This document shows positions 50,645 through 64,000 of a DNA stretch of 64,000 nt, piece after piece. Location of the stretch: positions 94,488,001-94,552,000 of the forward strand of contig NC_079164.1 in assembly GCF_947568905.1 (NCBI RefSeq), given 5' to 3'. The translations under genes and the position numbers were made by a program. Each line of letters starts with the position of its first letter. The stretch's first letter is position 1. The notes beneath the pieces are model-generated. The model made no database searches, had not been told where the DNA came from, and saw only the letters and a list, made by a program, of their open reading frames with translations. The DNA comes from Ostrea edulis (lineage: Eukaryota).

Positions 50645-53600
50645 AAGTGGAGTTAGAGAGGATACAATCAATAAAATTTCACGCGTCTAAGTATAATGCA
50701 TTAGCATAAAATTGTTTCTTCCTAGTTATTCCTTTCTCCAAAAGGTGTCGCTGTTTTTGGCAGATTTTTTGTTCGTTTCTGCACGAACTCGCTCACTCAA
50801 CTCGACAAAGCCTAGGTGTTCACATGTAAATTTTTAATTTTTCGTTACTAAAATTTTGTGTAACAATGGTGGCTAGATAAAAATTTTCATTGCTATGTTA
50901 TAATATAGGACTGGACATGGGTATCATTTTTGTCTACAATGAAGTATGTTTTTTTGCATGTACACATTTTTTTCTAATCCTGTACACAATTATTAAACAC
51001 CAGGCACGTCCTGCTATCCACTTTACGCTGTGTTTGTGTTTTCTTTTGGAGTTAGATTTTGGGTAGGAGAAAAGTGACTGAAGTTTGTGTTTGTGCATAC
51101 ACTACTAAACAAGTCCAGATTAATACGCTTTAATTGTGAATTCTTAGTTTTGAATTAAGATATACCAGTACATGTAATAGGAAAAGTTGATTATTATAAT
51201 TGAAGTCGCGTAAAATAATTTCTTCTATCAGACTAGAATTGATAGGTACCCCGCTAATTATGTAAATTATACATCAATATCATTCTAAATATGATTTGGT
51301 TTTGTTAAAAACAAATGTCTCCCAAGCTCCCCAAATTGAAAGTGTTCCAAATTACACCCACTCCTCCCATCAGTGTACCCCTGGTGTGGAGGAGAAAGCA
51401 TCTCAGCAGGATCTGTACTTTGTGCATCAATGTGACCTATGTCATTGTTGTATATGATACAAAAATGATGACTGTTATGCTGAAGTACCAGTAGGAAAGT
51501 GAACATATACCCTTGTACATGAAAAAAGCTATAAAACACCCCTCTTTGATCTACTGTAAATTGTAGGGAAACATCAGATTCCCCAGGGTCAGAACAATGT
51601 GAACATCATTAAATGATAATGAAGTATTGTACAAAATTTCAAGGCAATCCAAATAAACCATATAGGAGAAGTTTTCACGAGCTCTTTTACACACACACCC
51701 CTCTTTGATTCACTAAAAATTTTTAGGAAAATATTAAATTGGATCCTTATGTCCTGACAACATGAACATCTACAAATGGCAAAGTTTCAAGTCTATCCAA
51801 TAAGCCAATGGAGGAAGCATTCACAGGATTCTGTGACAGACACTCAGACAGAAAGTAAAGTACAATGAGTCTCCCCTGGAAGAAGGGAGATATAATCAAG
51901 GACCAATAACACATACAAAATTTTTCTACAGGAAGTACACCATAAAATTGAATTATAATAATTACGATATCAGTCATGCAATCATATGAAATGTTTTGCT
52001 TCCTCTCTGCATGGTTTACATGTGATAATTTGACTAAGGTGTGTAAATGCTAGACTGCCAAGCCATTAAACATAAACTTCAAAGTCCTGCAGGGATTAAT
52101 ATATAATTGTAATAATTCACTAAAAATTTCCAAAACTTTTAAATCCCCTAAAAATATATACAAGTTTTATACTTTAAATTATATTTGATAGCTGCATTAA
52201 TCCAATTACAATCCTTAGAAAACTACTACAGATGTAGCAGCAATCAGTAATTATAGCAAGGCCATGCAATTTCTTCAAATACATGTAAAAATCAATTCTG
52301 GGTATTTGAATAATTCTAAGCACTTGAATGTAAACTTTGCGTTAATTAAAATTTCCTATTTTACTTACACAAGTGTAATATGTTTTCTCTGTCAATGAAT
52401 TTATCACTCGTCCACTTTATATTGATTCTAAAAGGAGGCTTTATCCTAATTTATCCCAGGATATTAGCTAAAATTCCACTGACAGAAATGCAGACTTAAA
52501 GAGTTGGGGTATTCATAAAACCGCGAGTGTTCATTGTGGGAACTTCAGGCAGAGATTCTATCATGCTTAGTAAAATTGACAGATATTGACAACAGAACTG
52601 TTGGTAAGAATGTGTTTGTGATCCCCGACCATTAAAAAAAAAAAGAGATTAACCAGAACCTTTATTCAATTACAAATACATAAAATACAAAAGATTGAAT
52701 AAATTTCACACACAGAATTGACTTGAAAAATTTTCATAAAGAATATTTAATTATTATTATGTAAGTAATTGCGTCCTTTTAATATATATTAAGACTACAC
52801 CTGAAAATGTTTATTTAATCTGACAGATAATAGCTTATCATTTCTTAATTCTACATACCGTTTGTCAATCATATCTGCTTAATAGAAAATCACCAAATAG
52901 AATTCAGTGTTTTTCCTCTTCCACCACAAGTCATCTAAAATCCATCGGAATTAAATGTGAAATATATACACACACTAATGACCCGAGCTTCAGTTGATAA
53001 AAGGACAATAGCAATTCTCAAACACCCAAAATGCACTTCTCAGGCCCATAAAGCCTCACCTTTAGGAAAAATTTAAAAAGTCAGAAAGCGCATAAGAGAT
53101 TACTTAACAATTCTACAGAGCTTGTATCAACACAAAAAATGTCCCCCGGGTACTCAGCTCGTCACTCCAGTGTTCCCTTGTAACCGGTCCAATTCCATTG
53201 ATTATAAGATCTATACTTTCAGTAACTTCAAAGTCTCAAACGACTGCCAAAAGCTGGAGTTTATTTCTATTTCTGTCAGAATTAAACCCCCTTTGACATT
53301 CTTTTAAAGGTATTATATATAGTTTCATTTGCTATTGCCCAATGCCGAAAATTTAAATGTGCATACTGTCAACATTCTGGTTTGCATTGATCTTGATACT
53401 AGTGGTCATTAACAATTTTCGTTGCTACGTTCTCAAAATAAATTTATACCACCCAGTCCCATAATTTGAAACCTGCATGAGCATGAGTCTTTAAAAATTG
53501 ATATAGATCGAAACAGCTAGAAAGCAAATATTGACGTTATATTATTTTTCGTACGTTTCAGGTATTACATGGACAACTTTTGTGTTAACTTTGAGTTGTC

Positions 53601-55671
53601 AATACAGGGCAATATTTGTTTTGTACCTGCTATATTGGACACTTACAGAACATTATATTTTCATGAAGAAATAGTTTGTAGAAATATTTATTGTAATACA
53701 ACACATTGGATAAGAACACTAGATGAATGGTCAATATTTAAATAACATTTCCCAAAGGAAATGGCAAACACAGATGGATTTAATTGTAAACAGGGTGGTT
53801 GATCAATCACAGTCAGTATTGATGATTTCGATATATACAATGTATATATATAGCTAATAGCTGTTAAATGGAATTTCCGCTTGGGATCATAATTTTTCCC
53901 CGTAATTAAACAATCTGCGTTGTCAGATAAAAAATTAGAAAATAAACAAATATTACTGTTATAGGATTTTTCTTGACAAATTCAAAACATTGTCATATTG
54001 ACCAATATAAATGGCATTCTCCATTATATAATGTTTCATCTTTAAAGAACATGTCTTTGCAAAATTTTCTACAGTGTCGTAAATAGTCAATAAAAACCTT
54101 ACTGTTAGCTGTTTCATTTTATTAAGGACTGTGCAACAACAAACAATTTATGATTGTCAGGTGATTACAGGAATTCAAAGTAGAAATTTTATGGCTGCAC
54201 CTGAGTAACAGAATCTGGGAACCCTCCATCACTATACGTAGTCAGGTGCTCTAACCATTGAGCTACCCAGGCCGATATCCACAGTCCGTATAGCATTTAC
54301 CACATTTTCCTCCCTCCTTGAATTTTCTTCACTCTCGAAAACACACGACCCAAATTCTTTTGCCCCAGGTAGGTATTTCACCTGAACTTCAGTGGTGGTC
54401 AATGGCATCAAATACAATATAGGAAACAAAAAACTTTATGGCTGGACTGGGAATTGAAATCAGGACCCCTGCATTACTATTCAGGTGTTCTAACTACTGA
54501 CCTATCCAGGTCCAATATCTATGACCATATAACCCAAACGACTACTTTAACTACTTAAAAATGCTTAAAAGCATAAATTTTTTAGGGGGTTAATTTTTTA
54601 TTGTTGAGGTATATACATATGATTTGATACTTTATTATCTTTAATATTCAGCCTTCACAAACAAGATTTATAACTAAACTACGGAAAAAAAAGATCATTT
54701 TCTCAACCACAAAATGATGTCCCCATGAGGGCCATATGAACATGCTCATTTTTCTCTAACTCTGAAGATTTGACCCTCGAAAATTTGTGAATTTCTATTA
54801 GTATATTTCTTGGTAGAATACTGCAATTCTGGCACTTTGAAAATATTTACTAAATTTATAGATAGATGACAAACAATTGCCAAAAACTAAAAGCACCAAA
54901 ACTTCCATTCATATGAGTCATACTTAACTGCATAATATTGATATCCATCAAAAAGAATAAAGGGCCAATATTCTAAACTATTTTCCTGAGAAAAATCCAC
55001 CAATAAACCTGATGCTAAAAAACCCATATACATGAATATTCTCCAAAGGAAGAAGATCGATTGACTGATTGTTTTATATGGCCTGTCGAGAATTTTCCAC
55101 TTATATTGAGATGTCACCAAGTGAAGTACCACAAACTTATAGGTTTGATGCGACTGTGGCACTGAAGCTTTCTGTGAATGAATGATGAACCAAACTCAAA
55201 AGAACACAATCGGTGGCTGCCGAGAAGACATGAACTCACGACCTCCCGATTATGAAGCGAACATATTCTACCACTGAGATACATGTACCACGACCCAGTC
55301 AAAGGAAAAAGATGTCCAAACAAAAATACTGGTATTAATGTTTCAGTATAAAAAATAAATTGATTTAAATCAATGTTTAAAGAAATAAAAATATTTTCAT
55401 TTACATTGAACATGCTAATTAGAGAAATAAGCATGATCTTTACCCTCTGTGTACTTTTTGAAATACCAGCACAAGATTAAGAGCAGTGAAAGTTTACTGT
55501 TTAATCAGCCTAAGTTATTTAGAGAGCCACAGTGACATGTCAGCAACAGAAAAGAATAACTAGAAGATGACTTTTTAATCAAAGGGATTAGATTTTAATC
55601 TGATAGCTCAGTAGAATTATTTCAGTTAATCATATCGGATTTGTGGTCTGATTACATGTAATTTGCACTCA

Positions 55672-56555
55672 GCTAGAGAGAGAAAGAGAGAAAGTATACA
55701 TATAGAAAGAGAGAAAAAAAAAAAGAGAGGGAGAGATAGAGTATGCATATACATATAGAAAGAGAGAGGNNNNNNNNNNNNNNNNNNNNNNNNNNNNNNN
55801 NNNNNNNNNNNNNNNNNNNNNNNNNNNNNNNNNNNNNNNNNNNNNNNNNNNNNNNNNNNNNNNNNNNNNNNNNNNNNNNNNNNNNNNNNNNNNNNNNNNN
55901 NNNNNNNNNNNNNNNTATAGAGAGAGAAAGATGGAGAGAGAAAGTATGCATATACACATAGAAAGAGAGAGAGGGGAGAGAAAGAGAGAGGGGGAGAGAA
56001 AGATGGAGAGAGAGAGTATGCATATACATATAGAGAGAGAGGAAAGAGAGGAGAGAGTATACATATAGANNNNNNNNNNNNNNNNNNNNNNNNNNNNNNN
56101 NNNNNNNNNNNNNNNNNNNNNNNNNNNNNNNNNNNNNNNNNNNNNNNNNNNNNNNNNNNNNNNNNNNNNNNNNNNNNNNNNNNNNNNNNNNNNNNNNNNN
56201 NNNNNNNNNNNNNNNGAAAGAGAAAAATAGAGAGGGGAGAGAGAGAAAGAGAGAGAGAGAAAGTATGCATATACATATATATATATTTATAGAGAGAGAG
56301 AGTATGCATATACATATAAAAAGAGAGAGGAGAGAGAAAGAGAGGAGAGAGTATACATATAGAAAGAGAGAGGGGAGAGAAAGAGGGAGGGGAAAGAGGG
56401 GGAGAGAGAGAGTATGCATATACATAGAGAAAGAGAGAGAGAGGAGGGGAGAGAGAGGAGAGAAAAAATAGAGAGGGAGAGAAAGAGAGTATACATATAC
56501 ATAATATACATATAGAAAGAGAGGTATACACATAGAAAGAGAGAGAAAGAGAGAC
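55672..56555. repeat. GA-rich low-complexity array with two 146-nt N runs
   Basis: Recurring gtatgcatatacatatagaaagagagag motif; N runs at 55770-55915 and 56070-56215. Confidence 0.9.
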
Positions 56556-59265
56556 TGTTTTCACTGTCAGTTTAATTAATTAAAACCTACAGTATCTCTT
56601 AATTTGTTTCGCAAGTTTGCAAGTTCATTTATTTCACTCACACCATCAATCAGTGCTACATGAGGTACAAATACAATAGATAAATGTTGAAACAAACTGA
56701 ATATACACATTTTTTTCTTCAAAATCACAAAATAAGCAGTGATAATTTCTGTCAATTTTTTGTCTTAATAATGTTTATCTATACTCACATATTACTTTTT
56801 TTTTTCATTGAGAGAGGACAGGTTAATAGTCTTGGAAAAAATTTAGCTTTGTTTGTCAATCTCATTAAATTATAAGCTGATTAGGGGTAACCATAAAATC
56901 TACATTTCAGGTAGGATTACCATGAAAAGATTTGTTAAGAAATATAAACACAGCTTACATTTCTACAGAATTCAGGGACATTGGGATTAGTGTGTATTTG
57001 ACTTTTAAGGTTGCTATTGCCATGTGATGTGTTTATTATCATAATTAATTTTTCCTCTTTAATGAAAGGAAATTACATAAAAGTATCTCTTGAGAGAAGC
57101 AGTCAATTTATGATTTGAAAAGAAGAAACATTTAATAAATATTGCACTGGTTATGTTGATTTAGTGGTCTCAGGTGACACAACAGATCCTTTTTAGCCTA
57201 GAGAGTTCTTAAAATATATACATCAAGACTCAACTATCTAAAATAACGAATATGTGAAGTCTTGGAAAATTTAAATGAAACAAAGATTTTTTCTCCAGAA
57301 CAATTAAGTTTTAATTGTTTAGCAAATCTGAATAGACCTCTGATACCCATTTAGTAATAGGTAAGAATTTTTTTCAAAACATTTTAATCATTTGAAATTT
57401 AAAAAAATTTCTTCTAAATAATGTGGTAATAGAATATCAGTTAAAGATTTTTAAATACTTTTTGGAAAAAGAATAGAGACAGGTATAAACAAACCTTTTC
57501 GCTTCCATTTGAATATACAAGTGTTATGTAAAATTCACCACGAGCCTCCTTATTATAATCCAGTAGTTATTCATGATACTGAAATGAAAAATGCTGTTTT
57601 AGCAGTCTAATACACCCGGTGTCATCGCAGAATAAATTTGCCCAATCCTTACATGTAAAAAGTACACAGCTCTTTTCGGTTCACTGGAACAAATTGAGGA
57701 GATGACAGTCTAAGATATTAAATCACCTTGTCCTATGCATGTCTCCCATTGTTTTCTTGGATCATTGTAAGACCGGATATTAAGAATGTGTCTACGGTCT
57801 TTGTTAATGGAGAGTTGATCCTATCTTTATTGTGACAATAGATATGTTGCAACAACACATTTTTAAAAGTCTGCATTCAATGATCGACAGTCAGGAGCTA
57901 GCTCTGACATGGGCGAATTCAATCAATCAGGAAAAGCCATTTCTCTGCAAGATTTTGAAAACACATTAAGAGGAAATTTCTTGCTCCATTCAGGCATATC
58001 TGAATTAATTCATCTGATCAGCATACCTACATATATATTACTTTTCAAGTTGCTTTTTAGAGTGGTATAATTGGTATGCTGTGGTGTTTTGTTGCATGGA
58101 TAACAGAAAGTTCAATGCATTTAAAGAGTATGTGATAATTAACTCCAAGTGAATATCATGAATTCATTACTTTTTTATTAACCATTTGATAAAGAACATT
58201 TATTGTATACCTTACGTTGTGTGAGATTTCAATCAAATGTTAATTTCATTTCATTGTGTTCTTTCCCAGTACAGCTTATACAGTCTATCCTGTTCTATTT
58301 CTGACCTATCCAAGCTTTTTATCTATAAGAAATAATTTCTTTCTCTTATAGAGTGACAGTCCCTAGCTATACAGAGCAACAGATGGAAATGGGATTTTTA
58401 TCTACCCCAGTATTTCTCATTTTCCTTTCTTTATAAAGCGACAGTCCCATAGCCACACAGAGCAACAGAAGGAAACAGGACAGATAGCCACTAGCTACTC
58501 TACCAAATTCTTCTATTTGTAATCTGGTAGTTTGGATAAAAACTCTTCCCGGTTACTTAATTGTCCACGTATTCATGAAAATTTGACAGTAATGACGCAT
58601 CAAAGATTGCCATAAGATTCATACCCTATAATTATTTATTGAAATGTACGTATAAACATCTGTTACAAGATCTAGCGGTCGATTTCAAATACAATAGTGT
58701 TTTTTTCTCATATCCTCCTTATGAGTTCTGAATACCTGTAAATATGGCAATTTCTATTCTCCATGAATTTTAAATTGGAAATTTTCAATAGATAATTCGG
58801 AATGTAAATTATAATATATATGGCAATTTCTATTCTCCATGAATTTAAATTGGAAATTTTCAATAGATAATTCAGAATGTAAATTATAATATGCTGTACT
58901 TGGTCAACATTAACAACAAATAAACAAAACAATACTAATTTAACCCTGAAAAGACAAGTGACTAGAAGCATATCAGCTGTCACAGTTACCTTCATGTATG
59001 CAGTTATTTAGGGTTCTCTGCAAACTATTTTTTTTTTCACTCATCACTGGGATATCAGAGATTAAATTTGTCATAGGGTAATGATGAATTTTAACATCTT
59101 CTAATACCTGCTTGTTAAAAAATGGCACTTACAATGCCATATTGGACTTTTCAGAAATAATGCTCCAAGATTTCAAAGTGGAGAATGACTGTAGTAATAA
59201 CACAGATTTGATTAAAACTAAGTAAGTGAAATTGTACATGTATGTTTTATATATCAATCTTAAAA

Positions 59266-59574
59266 TCAGATCTTTGATCCGCTCCGTCATTGCTACATGT
59301 ATGATTTGTGTAGTGACATGATAATTTCTTTGATCCGCTCCGTTACTGCTACATGTATGATTTGTGTAGTGACATGATAATTTCTTTGATCCGCTCCGCT
59401 ACTGCTACATGTATGATTTGTGTAGTGACATGATAATTTCTTTGATCCGCTCCGCTACTGCTACATGTATGATTTGTGTAGTGACATGATAATTTCTTTG
59501 ATCCACTCTGTTACTGCTACATGTATGATTTGTGTAGTGACATGATAATTTACCTGAACGGATCAAAGATCTGA
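59266..59574. repeat. 56-bp tandem array (about 5 copies) inside a 16-bp inverted repeat
   Basis: tcagatctttgatccg (59266-59281) and cggatcaaagatctga (59559-59574) bracket the repeated unit. Confidence 0.8.
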
Positions 59575-60004
59575 TATTAATCAGATTGGCTTTGCATGAA
59601 CTAACATTTTCTATGTGTTCTAAAATCTGTTTTGTTCTTGTCACTTATCAAAACATGCCCATTGAGCTACTGTCATTTTGTGATCAAAAGCAAGGAAGGG
59701 CGGGATGAGCCATCTTCCTGATGTCATTCCTACTGACACTGCGACCCCGTCAACACCAGGCTGATGGTTTCTAACTGCTCCGATAGACAACCGTCTTTAA
59801 GCTGTCAGTTACTTTCCTATGAACTTGTAACTTACCTGGCTACGAGCGTTGGGTAGATCTATCAAATCTCTCGTCAATGAACTTTTTTATATTTACTTGA
59901 ACACGACAGACAAGATTCAAGTGTGGGGAAAAATAGACAGTGATGTTTTTTTTAAATTTATATTTCCCCCCCTTTTTAATAACATGAAGGTGCTTTGAAC
60001 TTAC

Positions 60005-60054
60005 CTGGCTATGAAGAACACATAACCCTGACAGCAACAAACATTTTCTTCCAT
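60005..60054 (-). CDS. Probable first coding exon of the ASB-like gene (MEENVCCCQGYVFFIAR)
   Basis: 60-nt exon (60005-60064) with acceptor ttgtctgtttcag and a perfect CAG|GTAAGT donor. The ATG frame ends in phase 2, matching the phase-2 acceptor at 50294 and giving a 564-aa protein. The link across the 9.7-kb intron is inferred. Confidence 0.45.
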
Positions 60055-60499
60055 CAAGACTTTCCTGAAACAGACAATTTCTAAGTACATTCAAACCTAC
60101 ATGAGATTAACTATTCTGTCAAGATCTAGGGTTAAAATTTAAAGATTTATCAATCATCTTAATCAAATATATATTTCTGAATGTTATTGTTTACTTAATT
60201 CCTTCAATGGATTAAACAGTATCAATATTGATCATTTAGTCAGATACTTCCTATGAATGACTGAGACCCATTCTATGTAATGTGACAATACCCAATGATA
60301 AAAATGATCCTATCTATAGATGTACAGAGTCAGAGATCAGATTGAATTTGTCATCTGTCGTAATGAGACCCCAGGTCTTATCTGTGTGCCACTTGAAGAC
60401 TGCCAATCTTAATCAGGAACATTGTCCAATGGCATTTAGATCTCAGTATGAAAGAATCTTTTAAACCAGAGATTTATTTGTTGGACATATGATAGACAG

Positions 60500-63005
60500 G
60501 CTACAGGAGGGCCTCCAGTCATCAAACATCTGTAGATCTAGTATGACATCAGGAGGGCCTCCAATCATCAAACATCTGTAGATCTAGTATGCCTTCAGGA
60601 GGGCCTCCAGTTATCAAACATCAGTAGATCTAGTACACCTTCAGGAGGGCCTCCAGTCAACAAACATTAGTAGATCTAGTGTGACTTCAGGAGGGCCTCC
60701 AGTTACCAACCATCAGTAGATCTAGTATGCCTTCAGGAGGGCCTCCAATCATCAAACATCAGTAGATCTAGTACACCTTCAGGAGGACCTCCAATCATCA
60801 AACATCAGTAGATCCAGTATGCCTCCAGGAGGGTGAACAATCATCAAACATCAGTAGATCTACATGTAGTATGCATGCAGAAGGGCCTCCATTTATCATA
60901 AGTAAATCTAGTATGCCTTTAGGAGGATCTCCAGTCACCAACCATCAGTAGATCTAGTACACCTTCAGGAGGGCCTCCACTCACCAACCATCACTAGATC
61001 TAGTACACCTTCAGGAGGGCCTCCAATCATCAAACATCTGTAGATCTAGTATGCCATCAGGAGGGCCTCCAGTCATCAAACAACAGTAGATCTAGTATGC
61101 CATCAGGAGGGCCTCCAATCATGAAACATCTGTAGATCTAGTATGTGTTCAGGAGGGCCTCCAGTCATCAAACATCAGTAGATCTAGTATGCCTTCAGGA
61201 GGGTCTCCAATCACCAAACATCTGTAGATCTAGTATGCCTTCAGGAGGGCCTCCAACCATCAAACAACAGTAGATCTAGTATGTCATCAGGAGGGCCTCC
61301 AATCACCAAACATCTGTAGATCTAGTATGCCTTCAGGAGGGCCTCCAGTCAACAAACATTAGTAGATCTAGTGTGACTTCAGGAGGGCCTCCAGTTACCA
61401 ACCATCAGTAGATCTAGTATGCCTTCAGGAGGGCCTCCAATCACTAAACATCTGTAGATCTAGTATGCCTTCAGGAGGGCCTACAGTCATCAAACATCAG
61501 TAGATCTAGTATACCTTCAGGAGGGCCTCCAATCATCAAACATCAGTAGATCTAGTATGCCTCCAGGAGGGTGAACAATCATCAAACATCAGTAGATCTA
61601 CATGTAGTGTGCATGCAGAAGGGCCTCCATTTATCACAAGTAAATCTAGTATGCCTTTAGGAGGATCTCCAGTCACCAACCATCAGTAGATCTAGTACAC
61701 CTTCAGGAGGGCCTCCACTCACCAACCATCAGTAGATCTAGTATGTCTTCAGGAGGACCTCCAGTCAACAAACATCAGTAGATCTACATGTAGTGTGCAT
61801 GCAGAAGGGCCTCCATTTATCACAAGTAAATCTAGTATGCCTTCAGGAGGGCCTCCAGTTACCAACCATCGGTAGATCTAGTATGCCTTCAGGAGGACCT
61901 CCAGTTATGTTATCATAAATAGATCTAGTATACCATCAGGAGGCCCTTCAGTCACCAAACATCAGTAGATCTAGTATGCCTTCAGGAGGGCCTCCGGTCA
62001 TCCAACATTAGTAGATCTAGCATACCTCCAGGAGGGCCTCCAGTTAACATAAGTAGATCTAGTACACCTTCAGGAGGGCCTCTAGTCATTAAACATTAGT
62101 AGATCTAGTATGCTTTCAGGAGGCCCTCTAGTCACCAAATGTCAGTAGATCTAGTATGCCTTCACAAGGGCCTCCAGTCACCAAAAATCAGTAGATGTAG
62201 TAGTATGCCTTTGGGGGGGCCTTCAGTCATCATCAGTAGATGTAGTATGCCTTGGGGGGGGGGCTTCAGTCATCATAAGTAAATCTAGTATGCCTTTAGG
62301 AAGGCCTTCAGTCATCATCAGTAGATGTAGTATGCCTTTGGGGGGGCTTCAGTCAACATCTGTAGATGAATTATGCTTTCAGGATGGCCTTCAGTCATCA
62401 TCAGTAGATGTAGTATGCTTTTAGAAGGATCTCCAGTCACCAAACATCAGTATATCTAATATGCCTTCAGGAGTGCCTTCAGTCATCAAACATCAGTCTT
62501 CAGGAGGGCCTTCAGTCATCAAACATCAGCCTTCAGAAGGGCCTTCAGTCATCAAACATCAGTCTTCAGAAGGGCCTTCAGTCATCAAACATCAGTCTTC
62601 AGGAGGACCTTCAGTCATCAAACATCAGTCTTCAGAAGGGCTTTCAGTCATCAAACATCAGCCTTCAGAAGGGCATTCAGTCATCAAACATCAGTCTTCA
62701 GAAGGGCCTTCAGTCATCAAACATCAGTCTTTAGGAGGGCCTTCAGTCATCAAACATCAGTCTTCAGAAGGGCCTTCAATCATCAAACATCAGCCTTCAG
62801 GAGAGCCTTCAGTCACCAAACATCAGCCTTCAGAAGGGCCTTCAGTCATCAAACACCAGTCTTCAGGAGGGCCTTCAGTCATCAAACACCAGTCTTCAGG
62901 AGGGCCTTCAGTCATCAAACATCAGCCTTCAGGAGGACCTTCAGTCATCAAACATCAGCCTTCAGGAGGGCCCTCAGTCACCAAACATCAGTAGATCTAG
63001 TATGC
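60500..63005. repeat. 2.5-kb satellite of 46-bp units grading into 33-bp units
   Basis: tagatctagtatgccttcaggagggcctccagtcatcaaacatcag (46 bp), then gggccttcagtcatcaaacatcagtcttcagga (33 bp) from about 62460. Confidence 0.9.
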
Positions 63006-64000
63006 CATCAACAATATGCACATCTACAACTGGCAAGGAAGCATTGTGCAAAGTTTCAGGTATATAGGATAAGCCATATAGAAGGAGAAGTGTTCACAAG
63101 CTATTTTATATCTTCCACCACTCTTAGATCCACTATAACTTTTAGGAAAATTATTGGATCTTCGCGGCTCAAGATGATGTACATCTACAGATGATGATAA
63201 GGCAATCTATAATTCTCAAGTCTACCCGATAAGCCATATAGGAGAAGTATTCACAAGATTTTGTGACAGACGGACGGACTGACAGACAAAAAAGTGGAAA
63301 AACAATATGTCTCGCCCTGGAAGAGGGGTCTACCATTGATTTTCAGGGGGGGGGGGGTTTCACTCTCAAAATACGTTTATTTTTACCCCTGTTAAATAAA
63401 AATTTCTGACAAAAGGGGGGAAGATGTCAACTCCGAACCCCCCTCTGGATCCACCACTGAAAACATGATAACTACACTATGAATAGATGTGATTCTGCCA
63501 TTAGAGGCCTAATTTCATATTCTACACATGGTGTTACCCACAAGCACTTGTCTCTGTAAGTTATGACATCTACAAGGGCGGATCCAGAGGGGGGGGGGGG
63601 GGGTCCGGACTGTTTTTGTTCTTTCGAACAAAGATAAAGTTACCCAATTTTCCGGAATCAAACATACGTGTATCCCTTTAGTTTTACAGTGAAGATGTAA
63701 ACATCCGGTATACTGTAATTTGGCAGACGACGCGACGGTAACAACCTGCACACATTTTTTTTTTTTTTTTATCAGGGTCCAATATTAATAGCATAGGCAT
63801 CGCGCTTGGAAAATAATTTACAGAACTGCATGAGTATCTTCTGGTGATTTATTACAAATTTTGTCCTACTTTATCGCATACACACTATAAACAAAACTGC
63901 AGAGCAGAAATAATCATTGGCAAATTCATTAACATACATACAAGGTAGGTGTAGACTGAATTTCCTCAGATAATTTTAGATTGTTGCATATTGTTCGATA

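Noticed and set aside
51285-51539. 84-aa ORF as an extra ASB exon
   Set aside because: No ankyrin similarity and no convincing phase-compatible splice sites.
55770-56215. Two N runs of identical length (146 nt), 300 bp apart
   Set aside because: Most likely an assembly or masking artefact rather than biology.
55626-56564. Long hydrophobic ORFs
   Set aside because: GA/CT low-complexity sequence spanning N runs.
58742-58892. 76-bp direct duplication
   Set aside because: A simple two-copy AT-rich duplication with no link to a gene feature.
59829-60011. ACTTACCTGGC matching the U1 snRNA 5' end on the + strand
   Set aside because: Similarity stops after 11 nt; it is simply the complement of perfect minus-strand splice donors.
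62461-62994. 177-aa repetitive ORF as a real gene
   Set aside because: It arises from a 33-bp (3n) derivative of a non-coding satellite, with no splice or promoter support. Kept only as a satellite-evolution finding.

Overview
AT-rich eukaryotic genomic DNA, most likely a bivalve such as an oyster (inferred from the repeat families). It holds two intron-rich protein-coding genes, both on the minus strand. (1) A ZNF236-like C2H2 zinc-finger gene, hand-assembled from 26 phase-consistent GT-AG coding exons (39209 down to 4260; about 1838 aa, 29 fingers). (2) An ankyrin-repeat/SOCS-box (ASB-like) gene, with a firm exon chain from 50294 down to 43713 and a probable first coding exon at 60005-60054. 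Introns and intergenic DNA are packed with HINE/Helentron-like elements, MITEs, tRNA-derived SINEs, L2/CR1 and mariner fragments, a solo LTR, a 1057-bp foldback element and many minisatellites. The most striking pattern is that several ZNF236 intronic minisatellites are amplified copies of the gene's own exon ends plus 5' splice sites (up to about 65 tandem donor copies), with related repeats seeded at an acceptor and at the stop codon. All coordinates were counted by hand and no database searches were run.
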